A program made the position numbers and the translations under genes. DNA of 64,000 bases. Source: Acidobacteriota bacterium (GTDB lineage Bacteria > Acidobacteriota > Thermoanaerobaculia > Multivoradales > Multivoraceae). Positions 54,069 to 63,120 of the stretch are shown piece after piece. Position 1 is the first letter of the stretch. Each line of letters begins with the position of its first letter. The DNA lies in assembly GCA_039026915.1 (NCBI GenBank), contig JBCCLJ010000005.1, positions 9,654-73,653 on the forward strand. Reading direction: 5' to 3'. The notes beneath the pieces are model-generated. The model had not been told where the DNA came from, did no database searches, and saw only the letters and a program-made list of their open reading frames with translations.

Positions 54069-55214
54069 ATGAAGAACCGCCGAAGAGCCGTCGCTCCGAG
54101 CGTCGCCGTCGCGCTGCTGCTGGCAGCGTCGCTCACGCCGGCGCTGGCCGACGGGGAGACGACGGTTCTCCATCTCGACCGAGTCGTCGAGCTCGAACAG
54201 ACGCTCGCCGACCCCACCGACCTCTGGGTCACCCCCGAGGACCTGACGCGCATCAACGACTTCGTGCTGAAGCCCGAGGGCGCCTGCCTGGACGATCTCT
54301 GTATCCCGATTCCGCGGGGTGAAGGCAGTGACTTCGTCGTCGAGAGCGAGGGCGAGACCTGGTTCAGCCTGACCGCCTTCGCCCGCAAGGTCGGGCAGGA
54401 GTACGTCGCGGACCGCGAGAGTCGCGTCTGGAGCTTCGGAGCCGTGCCGGCGGTGCGCAGCTCGTTTCTGACACGGGCCCAAGCTCCGGAGTTCGTTCTG
54501 CCCGATCGTCAGGGCGAGCCGGTGAGACTCTCCGAGTTTCGCGGTCGCAAGGTGCTGCTGCTCAGCTGGGCCTCCTGGTGAGGATGCTCCAGGGACCTGC
54601 CAGGTTGGCAGGCTTTGTACGAAGAGCTGAAGGATGACGGCTTCGAAGTCATCGCCGTTGCTCAGGATACGGCGGGTGACGCCGCGGCGGGCCCCTTCTA
54701 CGAAGCGGCCAAAGCCACCTTCACGACGCTCATCGACACCAAGCACACGCTGAGCGCGCTCTACGGGATGGTCAACGTGCCGACCGGAGTGCTCATCGAC
54801 GAGGACGGGCAGGTCGTCCGTTTCGACGAAGGCACCTACACGCGCGAGTACCAGGCCGGAACGCTGAGCTTCGGTACCAACGACTACCTGCCGATCGTGC
54901 GCGACTGGGTCGCCCGCGGAGCGGCGAGCGAGTTCGTTCAGGAGGCCGCGGAGATCGCGGACTCCGTCGGTCGCCGAACCGATGCCGAAGCCCGCGCCGA
55001 TGCGGCTTTTCGACTCGCTACCCACTTCGAGCTTCAGGGCGATCGCGAGCGCGCCGTCGTCTACTGGCGCCAGGCGCAGGAGCTGAACCCCGACAGCTGG
55101 AACTACCATCGGCAGGAATGGTCGTACGATCCCGGAAGTGCCGGTGCCAAGTGGTTCCAGAAGTTCCAGAAGCTCGAGGGCAAGCCGTACTACGCACCGC
55201 TGCGTAAGCCCTGA
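54069..55214 (+). CDS. periplasmic TlpA/ResA-like thioredoxin-fold protein, probable selenoprotein (TGA 54579-54581 read as Sec; motif W-A-S-W-U-G-C)
   Basis: Track ORFs 54051..54581 and 54615..55214 share a frame and are separated only by TGA 54579-54581. Read-through gives GRKVLLLSWASW-U-GCSRDLPGWQALYEELKDDGFEVIAVAQD. Signal peptide MKNRRRAVAPSVAVALLLAASLTPALA. A SECIS-like hairpin lies just downstream. Confidence 0.65.
54590..54617 (+). promoter_or_regulatory. candidate bacterial SECIS hairpin
   Basis: 5'-CAGGG(A)CCUGCC-AGGUU-GGCAGGCUUUG-3'. The 6-bp perfect upper stem is 54596-54601/54607-54612. The lower stem has a bulged A and G.U pairs. The apical loop carries GG/U, 23-27 nt from the U of the UGA. 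Confidence 0.5.
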
Positions 55215-55268
55215 ACTCTCCGGTCGGTCGCCGGCCGCGAGACGTCACTGCCGTTGAAGGAGAATCGC

Positions 55269-56543
55269 GTGAAGACGATGACGAAGGTCGTCCTTTCGGC
55301 GGCTTCCGCCGCCTCGATGGTGCTCTGGGGCTGCGCTCCGCCCGTTGCCGAGGAGGCTCAGCCGGTCGACGGTGCGCCTGCCGAGAAGCAGCTGGCGGCT
55401 GCAGGGCGCTCCGACTCTCTCGATGGCCTCGTCCGAGAGCCGATGATCGTGCGACACCCCGCGGGCAGGCTCTTCGTCTCGGGCTACGGTTCGCAGGTGA
55501 CGGGGACGAACCCGGAGTCGAGCCCGCTGCTGTGGAGTAGCGACGACGACGGCGCCACCTGGAAGCCTGTCGATGTCGGCGACAGCTCGGTGGGAGCGGC
55601 CGGCAACTCGGATGTCGATCTGCACGTCGGCCCCGAGGGCACGTTGTATTTCGCGTCGATGGGCTTCGACCGAGCCGAACGGGCCGGCACGCACATTGCG
55701 ATCGGGGCGAGCGCCGACGGCGGCGAGAGCTGGGCCTGGAACCGTATCTCGGAGACGAAGTTCGACGATCGGCCCTGGGTCCGCGCGACACCGAGCGGCA
55801 CCGCACACGCGATCTGGAACGACGGTGAAGGCGTGCGCCACGCGGTCAGCTCCGACCGCGGCCAGAGTTGGGAAGAGCGCGACGCGATCTACGAGCGCGG
55901 CGGCTCGAGCCACTTTGCCGTGGGTCCGTCCGGCGAGTTGGCTGTGCGGATTGCACCGATCTCGGCCTCGGGCAACGTCTTCGACGAGGGGCTCGAGCTT
56001 CTCGCGGTGAGCGCCGACGACGGTACGACGTGGACCACCCACGCGGTCCCCGGTGACCGTCAGTGGGATCCCACCTTCTCGGATCCGAACGTCGTGCCGC
56101 GCTGGGTCGAGCCGATCGCGTGGACTGACGACGGGCGGCTCCACGCCCTCTGGAGCGAGGGTGCCGTCGTCCAGTTCGCGACGTCGTCGGACCGCGGCGA
56201 GAGCTGGAGCACCGGCGAGCTCACTCCGGTCGAGGGCATCGCCTTCTTTCCCTACATGATCGCCGACGGGAATGCGCTCGTCGCGACGTGGTTCGAGCAG
56301 GACGGCGAGGAGCTCTACACGCGTCTGGCTCGGATCGATGGAGGCGAAGCCAGCGAGGCGACGCTCAGCGAGCGCTTCCAGCCCGACTCCTTTCTGGAAG
56401 CCCCCGATCCCACGGTGCGCAACTCGGCCGGGGAGTACGTGCCGCCTCTGGTGCTGCCGAACGGTCGTCACCTCGTCGTGACTCCGATCCAGGACAAGGC
56501 AAACGAGCGGTGGGGCTTTACGACCTGGAGCTTCGAGCTCTAG
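55269..56543 (+). CDS. Asp-box (BNR) repeat sialidase-fold lipoprotein
   Basis: GTG 55269 lies 6 nt after GAAGGAG. Lipobox MVLWGC. Asp-boxes SSDDDGATWKP, SADGGESWAW, SSDRGQSWEE, SADDGTTWTT, SSDRGESWST. Confidence 0.75.
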   Translation: MKTMTKVVLSAASAASMVLWGCAPPVAEEAQPVDGAPAEKQLAAAGRSDSLDGLVREPMIVRHPAGRLFVSGYGSQVTGTNPESSPLLWSSDDDGATWKPVDVGDSSVGAAGNSDVDLHVGPEGTLYFASMGFDRAERAGTHIAIGASADGGESWAWNRISETKFDDRPWVRATPSGTAHAIWNDGEGVRHAVSSDRGQSWEERDAIYERGGSSHFAVGPSGELAVRIAPISASGNVFDEGLELLAVSADDGTTWTTHAVPGDRQWDPTFSDPNVVPRWVEPIAWTDDGRLHALWSEGAVVQFATSSDRGESWSTGELTPVEGIAFFPYMIADGNALVATWFEQDGEELYTRLARIDGGEASEATLSERFQPDSFLEAPDPTVRNSAGEYVPPLVLPNGRHLVVTPIQDKANERWGFTTWSFEL

Positions 56544-56728
56544 GAGCGGGCTCGGCCTCAGCAACGGCTCGGTCGTGGTCAGTGCTCCCAGCGCTCCCGA
56601 AGACTCGGGGCGGGGACCTTGGTCCGATCCCACGTCGCTCCGCTCCTGGGATGACGCTGAGGGAGGCTCCTGGACTGCGCGTGCAGGCGGCGTTCGTTCT
56701 CCGAGCAGGGTGAGCCCCGTTCGCCTCG

Positions 56729-57928
56729 CTACCGCTCTAGCTCTTCCGCTCCAAACCAGGCGTGCCGAATCGACTTCCTCTCTTCGGGATGCTCTTCCGT
56801 TCGCGGAAGGTGCACGCTGTAGGTGACGTGGATCGTGCCGTCCTTGCCTTCGATCGCTGACGGGTAGGAGAACCGCCCGCTCTTCGGGGCCTCGTCCTCG
56901 AGCCGCAGCGCCGTGCGAAACGTACGTCCTTCGTCATTGGACAAGGAGACGGTGAGGCGATGGCGTCCGTCGGGCACGTCGTTGTGAACGACGAGGACGC
57001 GGCCGTCGCGCAGACGCAACGCGTCGACGCCGGCACCGGAGTCGACGAGCTGCTCGTGATCGCGCACCGTGCTCCATGTGGCTCCGCCGTCCCGCGACTC
57101 CGAGACGAGCACCTTCTTCGGCGGCGGGCCGTTGTCGCGCATGTACGCGACGACGGCCCCGTCAGCGCGCTCGATGAGGCTCGGCTGAACGTTGCCACCG
57201 CCGACGATCGGCTCGCTCATCTGCCACGTGGCGCCGTCGTCGTCGCTGAAGGTGGTCATGGAGAAGGAGAAGCCGTCGGAGTACAGGCCGACGAGGAGTC
57301 GGCCGGTCGAGAGCTGGATCGGGTGCGGCCTCGTGAACCAGCCGAGGCGCCGTGTCAGCTTGTCTTCGGCGAGGTCGAGGTTGCGGTCCCTCCAGTCGCG
57401 GACGGCGTCGGGCAGCGATTGCTCGTCGAGGCCGATCGCGGCGAGGTAGTCGGCGGTCTTGGCCCGCACCGCATTCGGGAAGTCGTCCCCCGGTTTCATA
57501 TGCAGAACGAACTCGCGTTCCCAGTCCGGCGGCCCGGTGCCCCACTCCTCGGCGACCTTCACCTTCATCAGTGCGGTCTCCCAGAGATTGGCGAGGATCG
57601 TCGGGTAGAGGAGCCAGAGCTTCCCCTCGCGATCGACGAGCAGAGTGCAGTTCGTGTCGGGGAAGCCCGGGGTATCCGCGACCAGGAAGGGCTCACTCCA
57701 GCGCGCCTGCCGCGGACGCCGCACGGCGCCGTAGATCGCCACGTCGTCAGCCTTGCGCTCACCCGAACCGCGGAACCAGACGACGAAGAGACCGCCGTCG
57801 GGAGTCTCGACGAGGGAGGAACCGTGATTGTGCAGGGACTCGAAGGGCAGCACCAGCTCCGAAGACGGCTCCGCGCTCGCCGCGAGGGCGGTGAACAGGA
57901 GCGCCGTCCCAGCGACGAGGAGGTGCAT
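56729..57928 (-). CDS. Asp-box (BNR) repeat exo-alpha-sialidase-like protein, secreted
   Basis: ATG 57928 (MHLLVAGTALLFTALAASA signal). Asp-boxes SDDDGATWQM, SRDGGATWST, SNDEGRTFRT. The PSLIE...AYMRD pattern is typical of the sialidase-like BNR_2 fold. Confidence 0.7.
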   Translation of the reverse strand: MHLLVAGTALLFTALAASAEPSSELVLPFESLHNHGSSLVETPDGGLFVVWFRGSGERKADDVAIYGAVRRPRQARWSEPFLVADTPGFPDTNCTLLVDREGKLWLLYPTILANLWETALMKVKVAEEWGTGPPDWEREFVLHMKPGDDFPNAVRAKTADYLAAIGLDEQSLPDAVRDWRDRNLDLAEDKLTRRLGWFTRPHPIQLSTGRLLVGLYSDGFSFSMTTFSDDDGATWQMSEPIVGGGNVQPSLIERADGAVVAYMRDNGPPPKKVLVSESRDGGATWSTVRDHEQLVDSGAGVDALRLRDGRVLVVHNDVPDGRHRLTVSLSNDEGRTFRTALRLEDEAPKSGRFSYPSAIEGKDGTIHVTYSVHLPRTEEHPEERKSIRHAWFGAEELER

Positions 57929-58051
57929 GAACGACCGTGTGGGTCCGGGGTGCGGGGAAGAAAGGCGCGCGAGCGCCGAGGCGGGCGGGTGACGCATCCG
58001 TGGATGTTAAACGGAGCTCGTCGCCGCAGGCCCGCGTGCGAGGATGGAGCC

Positions 58052-58549
58052 GTGGCGAAGTCGACGGCAACCCGTGCACTGCAGCTCCTGGTCCGTGAAG
58101 GCGTCGCGCACGAAGTGCACGAGTACGAGCTCGAGGTGGGCGCGGACGACACGACCTACGGTGAGCAGGTCGCGGCGGCTCTCGGAAGAGAACCGGAACG
58201 GCTCTACAAGACGCTGGTCGCCGATCTTCAGACCGGGAAGGGGCGCGAGTCGGTCGTCGCCATCGTGCCGGTTTCGGGACTCCTCGATCTCAAGGCGCTC
58301 GCCAAAGCGGCCGGGGGCAAGAAGGCCGAGATGGCGGATCCGTCGGCCGCGGAGCGGCTGACGGGCTACGTGACGGGCGGCATCAGCCCGTTCGGCCAAC
58401 TGCGGCCGCTGCGCATCTTCGCCGACGAGACACTGGAGCTCTGGGAGACGATCTGCGTCAGCGCGGGACGACGCGGGCTGCAGGTCGAGCTCGAACCGGC
58501 GGAGCTCTTGCGGCTCTGCGAGGCGACGATCGCCGACCTTTCGCGCTGA
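58052..58549 (+). CDS. ybaK: Cys-tRNA(Pro)/Cys-tRNA(Cys) deacylase YbaK
   Basis: TRALQLLVREGVAHEVHEY...YKTLVAD...VVAIVPVSGLLDLKALAKAAGGKKAEMADPSAAERLTGYVTGGISPFGQ is the YbaK/EbsC pattern. GTG 58052 is chosen for the typical ~160-aa length (alternative ATG 58004). Confidence 0.8.
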   Translation: MAKSTATRALQLLVREGVAHEVHEYELEVGADDTTYGEQVAAALGREPERLYKTLVADLQTGKGRESVVAIVPVSGLLDLKALAKAAGGKKAEMADPSAAERLTGYVTGGISPFGQLRPLRIFADETLELWETICVSAGRRGLQVELEPAELLRLCEATIADLSR

Positions 58550-58599
58550 AGCGTCAGGACCAGCTCCCGCTGCGTCGCGACTTGCACTAGGCTCCGAAC

Positions 58600-59763
58600 A
58601 TGAGCTCGTGGAAGTCTCACTTCTCGCGTTTCTTCGACGCCAACGAGGGCACGCTGCACTTCGCCGCCCACAGTCATCACTACTGGCCCGACGTCACCTT
58701 CGAGGCGCAGCGGGACGTCTGGCGCGACGCCGCGGCGCACGTCGACTCGAAGTGGGACAAGGTGTTCTCCGAGGTCCTTCCGCAGTCGCAGGAGCTCGTC
58801 GCACGCGCGATCGGAGGGAGCGACCCACGGTCGATCGCCTTCGCGGTCAACACCCACGAGCTGCTGTTACGCGTCGTCTCGTGCATCGAGCGTTCGCCGG
58901 TCCGCATCCTGACGTCGGACGCCGAGTTCCACTCCTTCTCGCGTCAGGCACAGCGCTGGCAGGAAGCCGGCGTGGCCAAGATGGAGATCGTCCCTGCCGA
59001 GCCCTTCGACACCTTCGAGGAGCGTTTTCTGGAACGCGCGAGCGGTGACCACGATCTGGTCTACGTCAGCCACGTGGCCTTCAACTCAGGCTTCGTCTTC
59101 GAGCGCTTGGAGGAGCTTGCAGCGTCCGTACCGAAAGAGGCTCTCCTCGTGCTCGACGGCTACCACAGCTTCATGGCGCTGCCCTTCGACTGGAGCGCCG
59201 TCGAAGACCGCGCCTTCTATCTCTCCGGTGGCTACAAGTACGCCATGGCGGGGGAGGGCTGCTGCTTCCTGGTCTGCCCTCCTGGGATCGCCGAACGGCC
59301 CGTGAACACCGGCTGGTACAGCGTCTTCGGCGACCTGCAGAAGCCCAAGGAGCCTGGAACCGTGCCGTATGCGGCCGACGGCATGCGCTTCTTCGGCTCG
59401 ACCTTCGATCCGAGCGGTCTCTACCGACTTCGGGCCGCGCTCAGCCTATGGCAGCGAGAGGGTGTCACTGCAGAGGCGATCCACCGTCACGTCGTCGAAC
59501 TGCAGTCGCGCTTCCTCGAGGCCGTGGCGAGCGGTACCGCGGGTCCGCTGCAAACCGACGACCTGGTGCCGCCGGTCTCAGATCGGCGACGTGGCCACTT
59601 TCTCACCTTTCAGCGTCCGGACGCCCCGGCGCTACACGAGGGGCTGAAGGCGGCCGGGGTGGTCACCGACGTGCGGGGCGATCGGCTGCGCTTCGGTTTC
59701 GGGGTCTACCAGGACTCGGACGACGTCGAGCAGCTCTGTGCACGCCTCAGCGCTGTCGGCTGA
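58600..59763 (+). CDS. kynU: kynureninase-family PLP enzyme (class V aminotransferase fold)
   Basis: LSGGYKYAMAGEGCCFL (PLP-Lys region, compare CTYKYLNGGPG), TGWYSVFG, RRGHFLTF and GVVTDVRGDRLRFGFGVY are collinear with the Pseudomonas KynU C-terminal half as I recall it. Convergent with tryptophan 2,3-dioxygenase. Confidence 0.65.
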   Translation: MSSWKSHFSRFFDANEGTLHFAAHSHHYWPDVTFEAQRDVWRDAAAHVDSKWDKVFSEVLPQSQELVARAIGGSDPRSIAFAVNTHELLLRVVSCIERSPVRILTSDAEFHSFSRQAQRWQEAGVAKMEIVPAEPFDTFEERFLERASGDHDLVYVSHVAFNSGFVFERLEELAASVPKEALLVLDGYHSFMALPFDWSAVEDRAFYLSGGYKYAMAGEGCCFLVCPPGIAERPVNTGWYSVFGDLQKPKEPGTVPYAADGMRFFGSTFDPSGLYRLRAALSLWQREGVTAEAIHRHVVELQSRFLEAVASGTAGPLQTDDLVPPVSDRRRGHFLTFQRPDAPALHEGLKAAGVVTDVRGDRLRFGFGVYQDSDDVEQLCARLSAVG

Positions 59764-59779
59764 GTCGTGCTCGGATGAG

Positions 59780-60937
59780 CTACTTGCCCGGCTCGTAGCG
59801 AAAGCCGTAGGTCTCGGCTCCGTCGATGTCCGGTAGTGCGTCTTTGCGGAGGAGCAGGGTGCGCGTCGCCCAGAGCTCCTTGAAGACGCGGTACTCGAGC
59901 GCCGTGCGGTCGAGGTACTGCACTCCAGCAGAGCCGCCGGTGCCGGTGCGGTTGCCGATGAGGCGCTCGACCATGCGGGCGTGGCGCTGCCTGAAGACGA
60001 TGAAGCTCTGTTCGAGGGTGACGGCGGCGTCGACGACCGCGCGCGGCCAGGCGAGCAGTGGGTGTTCGCGGTAGCTCTCGATGAACAGGATGGCGGCGCG
60101 CGTGCGCATCGTCAGAAAGCGCTCCTCCTCGGGCACGTCCTGCGCGGTCATGTGATCACGGGCGCTCTGCGTCTCGCGGCGGTAGCGGTCGGCGAGCCGC
60201 TGCTCGTCCTCTGCGGTCAGAGCGAACGAGATGGCGCGCTCGGCCAGCGACTCCATCTCGCGCTTCTGGGAGGCGAGGTACTTCTCGACGAACTCGGTGA
60301 CCACCTCGTCATCTCCGTCGTCGTCGGGCTCCGAGCCTTCGATCGGAGTGCGGGCGAGCCAGGCGAGGAGCGCTTCGTTGAGTGACGGTGGATCGTCGAG
60401 TCGCGCCTGCACGCGACGGTAGGCGTCCGACTCCGAGCCATCCGGGTGCCGCAATGCCTGCATGTAGGTCTCGTGGCCGAGCGGAATGCGCTCGTCGCGA
60501 GAGAGTCCCATGAGAATCTCGATCTCCCGCAGCTGAGCCGACTGAAAGCCGCTCGCTGGATAGAGCTTGTCGCGAAAGCCCATGTAGTCGCGCGTCGTCA
60601 TCGTCTCCATGAGGGAGAAGTGGCTCGCCGCGTGGCGCAGGATTTCCGACATGCGTGCGAAGCCGCGCACAGCGGCTCCGAGCGCCGTGTCCGGCACGTA
60701 CTTCTGCGCGAAGAAGTCGCGTGTCGCCTGCAGCTCGCGCAGGAGGAGCTTGAACCAGAGCTCGTCGATCTGATGGATCGTGATGAAGAGGACTTCGTCG
60801 TTGCCGAGGCTTTCCTCCGACTCCGCAACGCCGTTTTGCAGCGCGAGGAGCTCTTCGACCTTGACGTAGTTCCAGTAGGTGACCGGCTTTGGCCTCTCCT
60901 CGTCCGTCTCGCTCTCGCCGCGCTTCCCGTCGCTCAC
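59780..60937 (-). CDS. kynA: tryptophan 2,3-dioxygenase
   Basis: YWNYVKVEELLALQ, DEVLFITIHQIDELWFKLLLREL, YMGFRDKLYPASGFQSAQLREIE, HARMVERLIGNRTGTGGSAGVQYL are TDO signatures. GTG 60937 overlaps the DoxX stop (GTGA). 385 aa. Confidence 0.88.
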   Translation of the reverse strand: MSDGKRGESETDEERPKPVTYWNYVKVEELLALQNGVAESEESLGNDEVLFITIHQIDELWFKLLLRELQATRDFFAQKYVPDTALGAAVRGFARMSEILRHAASHFSLMETMTTRDYMGFRDKLYPASGFQSAQLREIEILMGLSRDERIPLGHETYMQALRHPDGSESDAYRRVQARLDDPPSLNEALLAWLARTPIEGSEPDDDGDDEVVTEFVEKYLASQKREMESLAERAISFALTAEDEQRLADRYRRETQSARDHMTAQDVPEEERFLTMRTRAAILFIESYREHPLLAWPRAVVDAAVTLEQSFIVFRQRHARMVERLIGNRTGTGGSAGVQYLDRTALEYRVFKELWATRTLLLRKDALPDIDGAETYGFRYEPGK

Positions 60938-61344
60938 GGTTCGCGTCGCACGCCGAGCTGCGTGAAGATCAGCGCGGCCCCCGTCATCGTCAGGCCCTTG
61001 AGGAAGAAGGACATCTGAATGCCGCGCATCATGTCGTCGGTTGCTTTGACCATCTCATAGCCATGCACGACGAAGGTCACGGGCACGAGAAAGATCGCGA
61101 CCAGCCAGGCGCCGAGCTTCGGCTTCCAGTTGAAGAGGATCATGACGGCGCCAGCCAGCTCGACGACGCCCGAGATGAGCACCCAGAACACCTTCGCGGG
61201 AGCCGCCTCCGGCATGAGCGAGACGTAGCCGTCGATGTCGGTGAAGTGGGTGATGCCGGAGAGGAAGAAGATCAGGGTGAAGAGAACGCGACCGGCGATG
61301 CCGATCGCCGGATGGTGAATCTCGACGTCGTTGCTGGAGCTCAT
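60934..61344 (-). CDS. DoxX family membrane protein
   Basis: 136 aa, four TM segments. GRVLFTLIFFLSGITHF...VVELAGAVMILFNWKPKLGAWLVAIFLVPVTFVVH is the DoxX pattern. Confidence 0.75.
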   Translation of the reverse strand: MSSSNDVEIHHPAIGIAGRVLFTLIFFLSGITHFTDIDGYVSLMPEAAPAKVFWVLISGVVELAGAVMILFNWKPKLGAWLVAIFLVPVTFVVHGYEMVKATDDMMRGIQMSFFLKGLTMTGAALIFTQLGVRREP

Positions 61345-61379
61345 GAGAGTCCCTTCTGTGAAGAACGGCGGTGCGCGCG

Positions 61380-62027
61380 CTAGCGCACGTAGCCAATGAT
61401 CGCAATGAAGTGTGCGACCGATCCTGCCATGACGAAGAAGTGCCAGATGCCGTGCGCGTGCCTCACGAGGTAGGTCGAGGTGGGGCGCTTGATCTTGTCG
61501 AGCAGGTAGAAGCAGACGCCGGTCGTGTAGGTCACGCCTCCGGCAAGGAGCCAGACGAAGCCGGCGCCGGGGAGCGACGCCCGGACGCTGGCGAAGTCGA
61601 TGACGCAGAGCCAGCCCATGGCGAGGTAGATCGAAAGCTGCAGAACCTTCACGGCCTTGCCTGTGAGAAAGACCTCGGAGAGCACGCCGATGACAGCGAG
61701 GATCCAGACGGCGAGCAGCAGCTTCCAGCCGCCGCGTTCGCTCATGCTGATCAGAGTGATCGGCGTATAGGTGCCGGCGATGAGGAGGTAGATAGAGATG
61801 TGATCGAAGAGCCGGAAGAGCTGCTTGACCTTCGACGGTTTGAAGCTGTGGTAGAGCGTCGACATCGTGTACGCCAGCACCAGGGAAAAGCCGAAGACGC
61901 AGAAGCCGACGATCACTTTCGGTCGACCGATGTCGATGCTGACCGAGATCAGTGCGCCCATCCCGAGGAGGGCGAATACGGTCCCGACGAGATGGGTGAT
62001 GCTGTTGAGCTTTTCTCCGGCGTACAT
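61380..62027 (-). CDS. hemolysin III / PAQR family channel protein
   Basis: ATG 62027 (MYAGEKLNSITHLVGTVFALLG). Seven TM segments. STLYHS, FDHISIYLLIAGTYTP, and the terminal HAHGIWHFFVMAGSVAHF are hlyIII motifs. Confidence 0.85.
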   Translation of the reverse strand: MYAGEKLNSITHLVGTVFALLGMGALISVSIDIGRPKVIVGFCVFGFSLVLAYTMSTLYHSFKPSKVKQLFRLFDHISIYLLIAGTYTPITLISMSERGGWKLLLAVWILAVIGVLSEVFLTGKAVKVLQLSIYLAMGWLCVIDFASVRASLPGAGFVWLLAGGVTYTTGVCFYLLDKIKRPTSTYLVRHAHGIWHFFVMAGSVAHFIAIIGYVR

Positions 62028-62132
62028 GGTGGGCGTCCTAGGTGTCGCTGGCTCCCGCGTGTGGTCTCTGTGCGAGTCTAGACCAACCGCGAAGCCATCC
62101 AGCAAACGCCCCCAAGAGTTGCTTCGATCGCG

Positions 62133-63071
62133 TCAGTCGAACCGCAACTCCGGCAGCTTCGCGACGATTTCCTCGCGTTGATCGGCCCACTGCTTCGGCA
62201 GCGACAGAGTGCTGCCGAGCTCCTCGAGCGGCTCGTCGACGGTCCAACCCGGGTCGAGGTTGGAGAACTCGACGTTGATGCCGCCGGGCTCGGTCATGTA
62301 CATCGAGTGGAACCACTTGCGATCGCGCAGGTCGGTAAGGATCAAGCCAGCACCGCTGAGCACCCTCCAGAGCATTTCCATCTGCTCCTTGGACTCGACG
62401 GTCAGCGCCACATGGTGAATGCCGCCGAGGCCCCAGTGGCCCCAAGGAAGATCGGCGCCATCGAGCAGATCGATGAAGCCGGTCGCACCGTCGTCGGCGA
62501 ACGCGATGCGCGTGCGGCCGTTCTCCTCGCCGACGACTTTGCCCTGCAGGAGCTGAGTGAAAAAGCCCAGGCTGAGCTCGGGGAGGCGAGAGATCAGCGT
62601 CGAGCTGTGGAAGCCACGGACCTTGTTCGTGTCGTCGAGATCGCCGAGGGCCGGCGGGTTGCGCTCGTCGTCATGCTCGATCAGCTCCGACGGGATGCCG
62701 GAGGGGTCCTGGTAGCCGAGGACCGCTTCGCCGAAGCGCTCGCCGCGTCGCTCGGTCGGCAGACCGTGTGCCTTCAGGCGCTCTTCCCAGAAGTCGAGAG
62801 AGCCTCTGGGCACCGAGAAGGCAACGTCGCTGATCGTGCCGCGCCCGCGCTTCCAGGGCGGCAGCGGCGTGTCTTCGAAGAAGAAGTTGGTCATGATCGT
62901 GCCGGCGTTGCCGTCGTGATCGCCGTAGAAGAGGTGCCACTGGTCGGCCGTCTCGTGGTTGATCGTTTTCTTGACCCGGCGCAGGCCCAGAACCTTCGTG
63001 TAGAAGTCGTGGTCCTTCTGACCATCGGTCGCGGCTCCGGTGATGTGGTGCAGTCCTGTGACCCAGGTCAT
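62133..63071 (-). CDS. two-domain VOC (glyoxalase/bleomycin-resistance fold) ring-cleaving dioxygenase-like protein
   Basis: ATG 63071 follows GAGGAG. GLHHITGAATDGQKDHDFYTKVLGLRRVKKTINHETADQWHLFYGD and a second GGIHHVALTV...FHSMYMTEPGGINVEF module. Confidence 0.75.
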   Translation of the reverse strand: MTWVTGLHHITGAATDGQKDHDFYTKVLGLRRVKKTINHETADQWHLFYGDHDGNAGTIMTNFFFEDTPLPPWKRGRGTISDVAFSVPRGSLDFWEERLKAHGLPTERRGERFGEAVLGYQDPSGIPSELIEHDDERNPPALGDLDDTNKVRGFHSSTLISRLPELSLGFFTQLLQGKVVGEENGRTRIAFADDGATGFIDLLDGADLPWGHWGLGGIHHVALTVESKEQMEMLWRVLSGAGLILTDLRDRKWFHSMYMTEPGGINVEFSNLDPGWTVDEPLEELGSTLSLPKQWADQREEIVAKLPELRFD

Positions 63072-63120
63072 GGTGCTCTCCTCAGCGCTGGTTCTCGTAC
63101 TCGGGCGTTCTGTGGTGTAA

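Noticed and set aside
54051-55214. Alternative reading of the split thioredoxin-like gene as a pseudogene or two independent genes.
   Set aside because: Not fully excluded. It is disfavoured for three reasons. The single stop is a TGA exactly at the redox Cys position. Both halves keep an intact frame and coding-like composition. A SECIS-like hairpin follows at the right distance. The second half alone (from 54615) would lack both a signal peptide and an active site.
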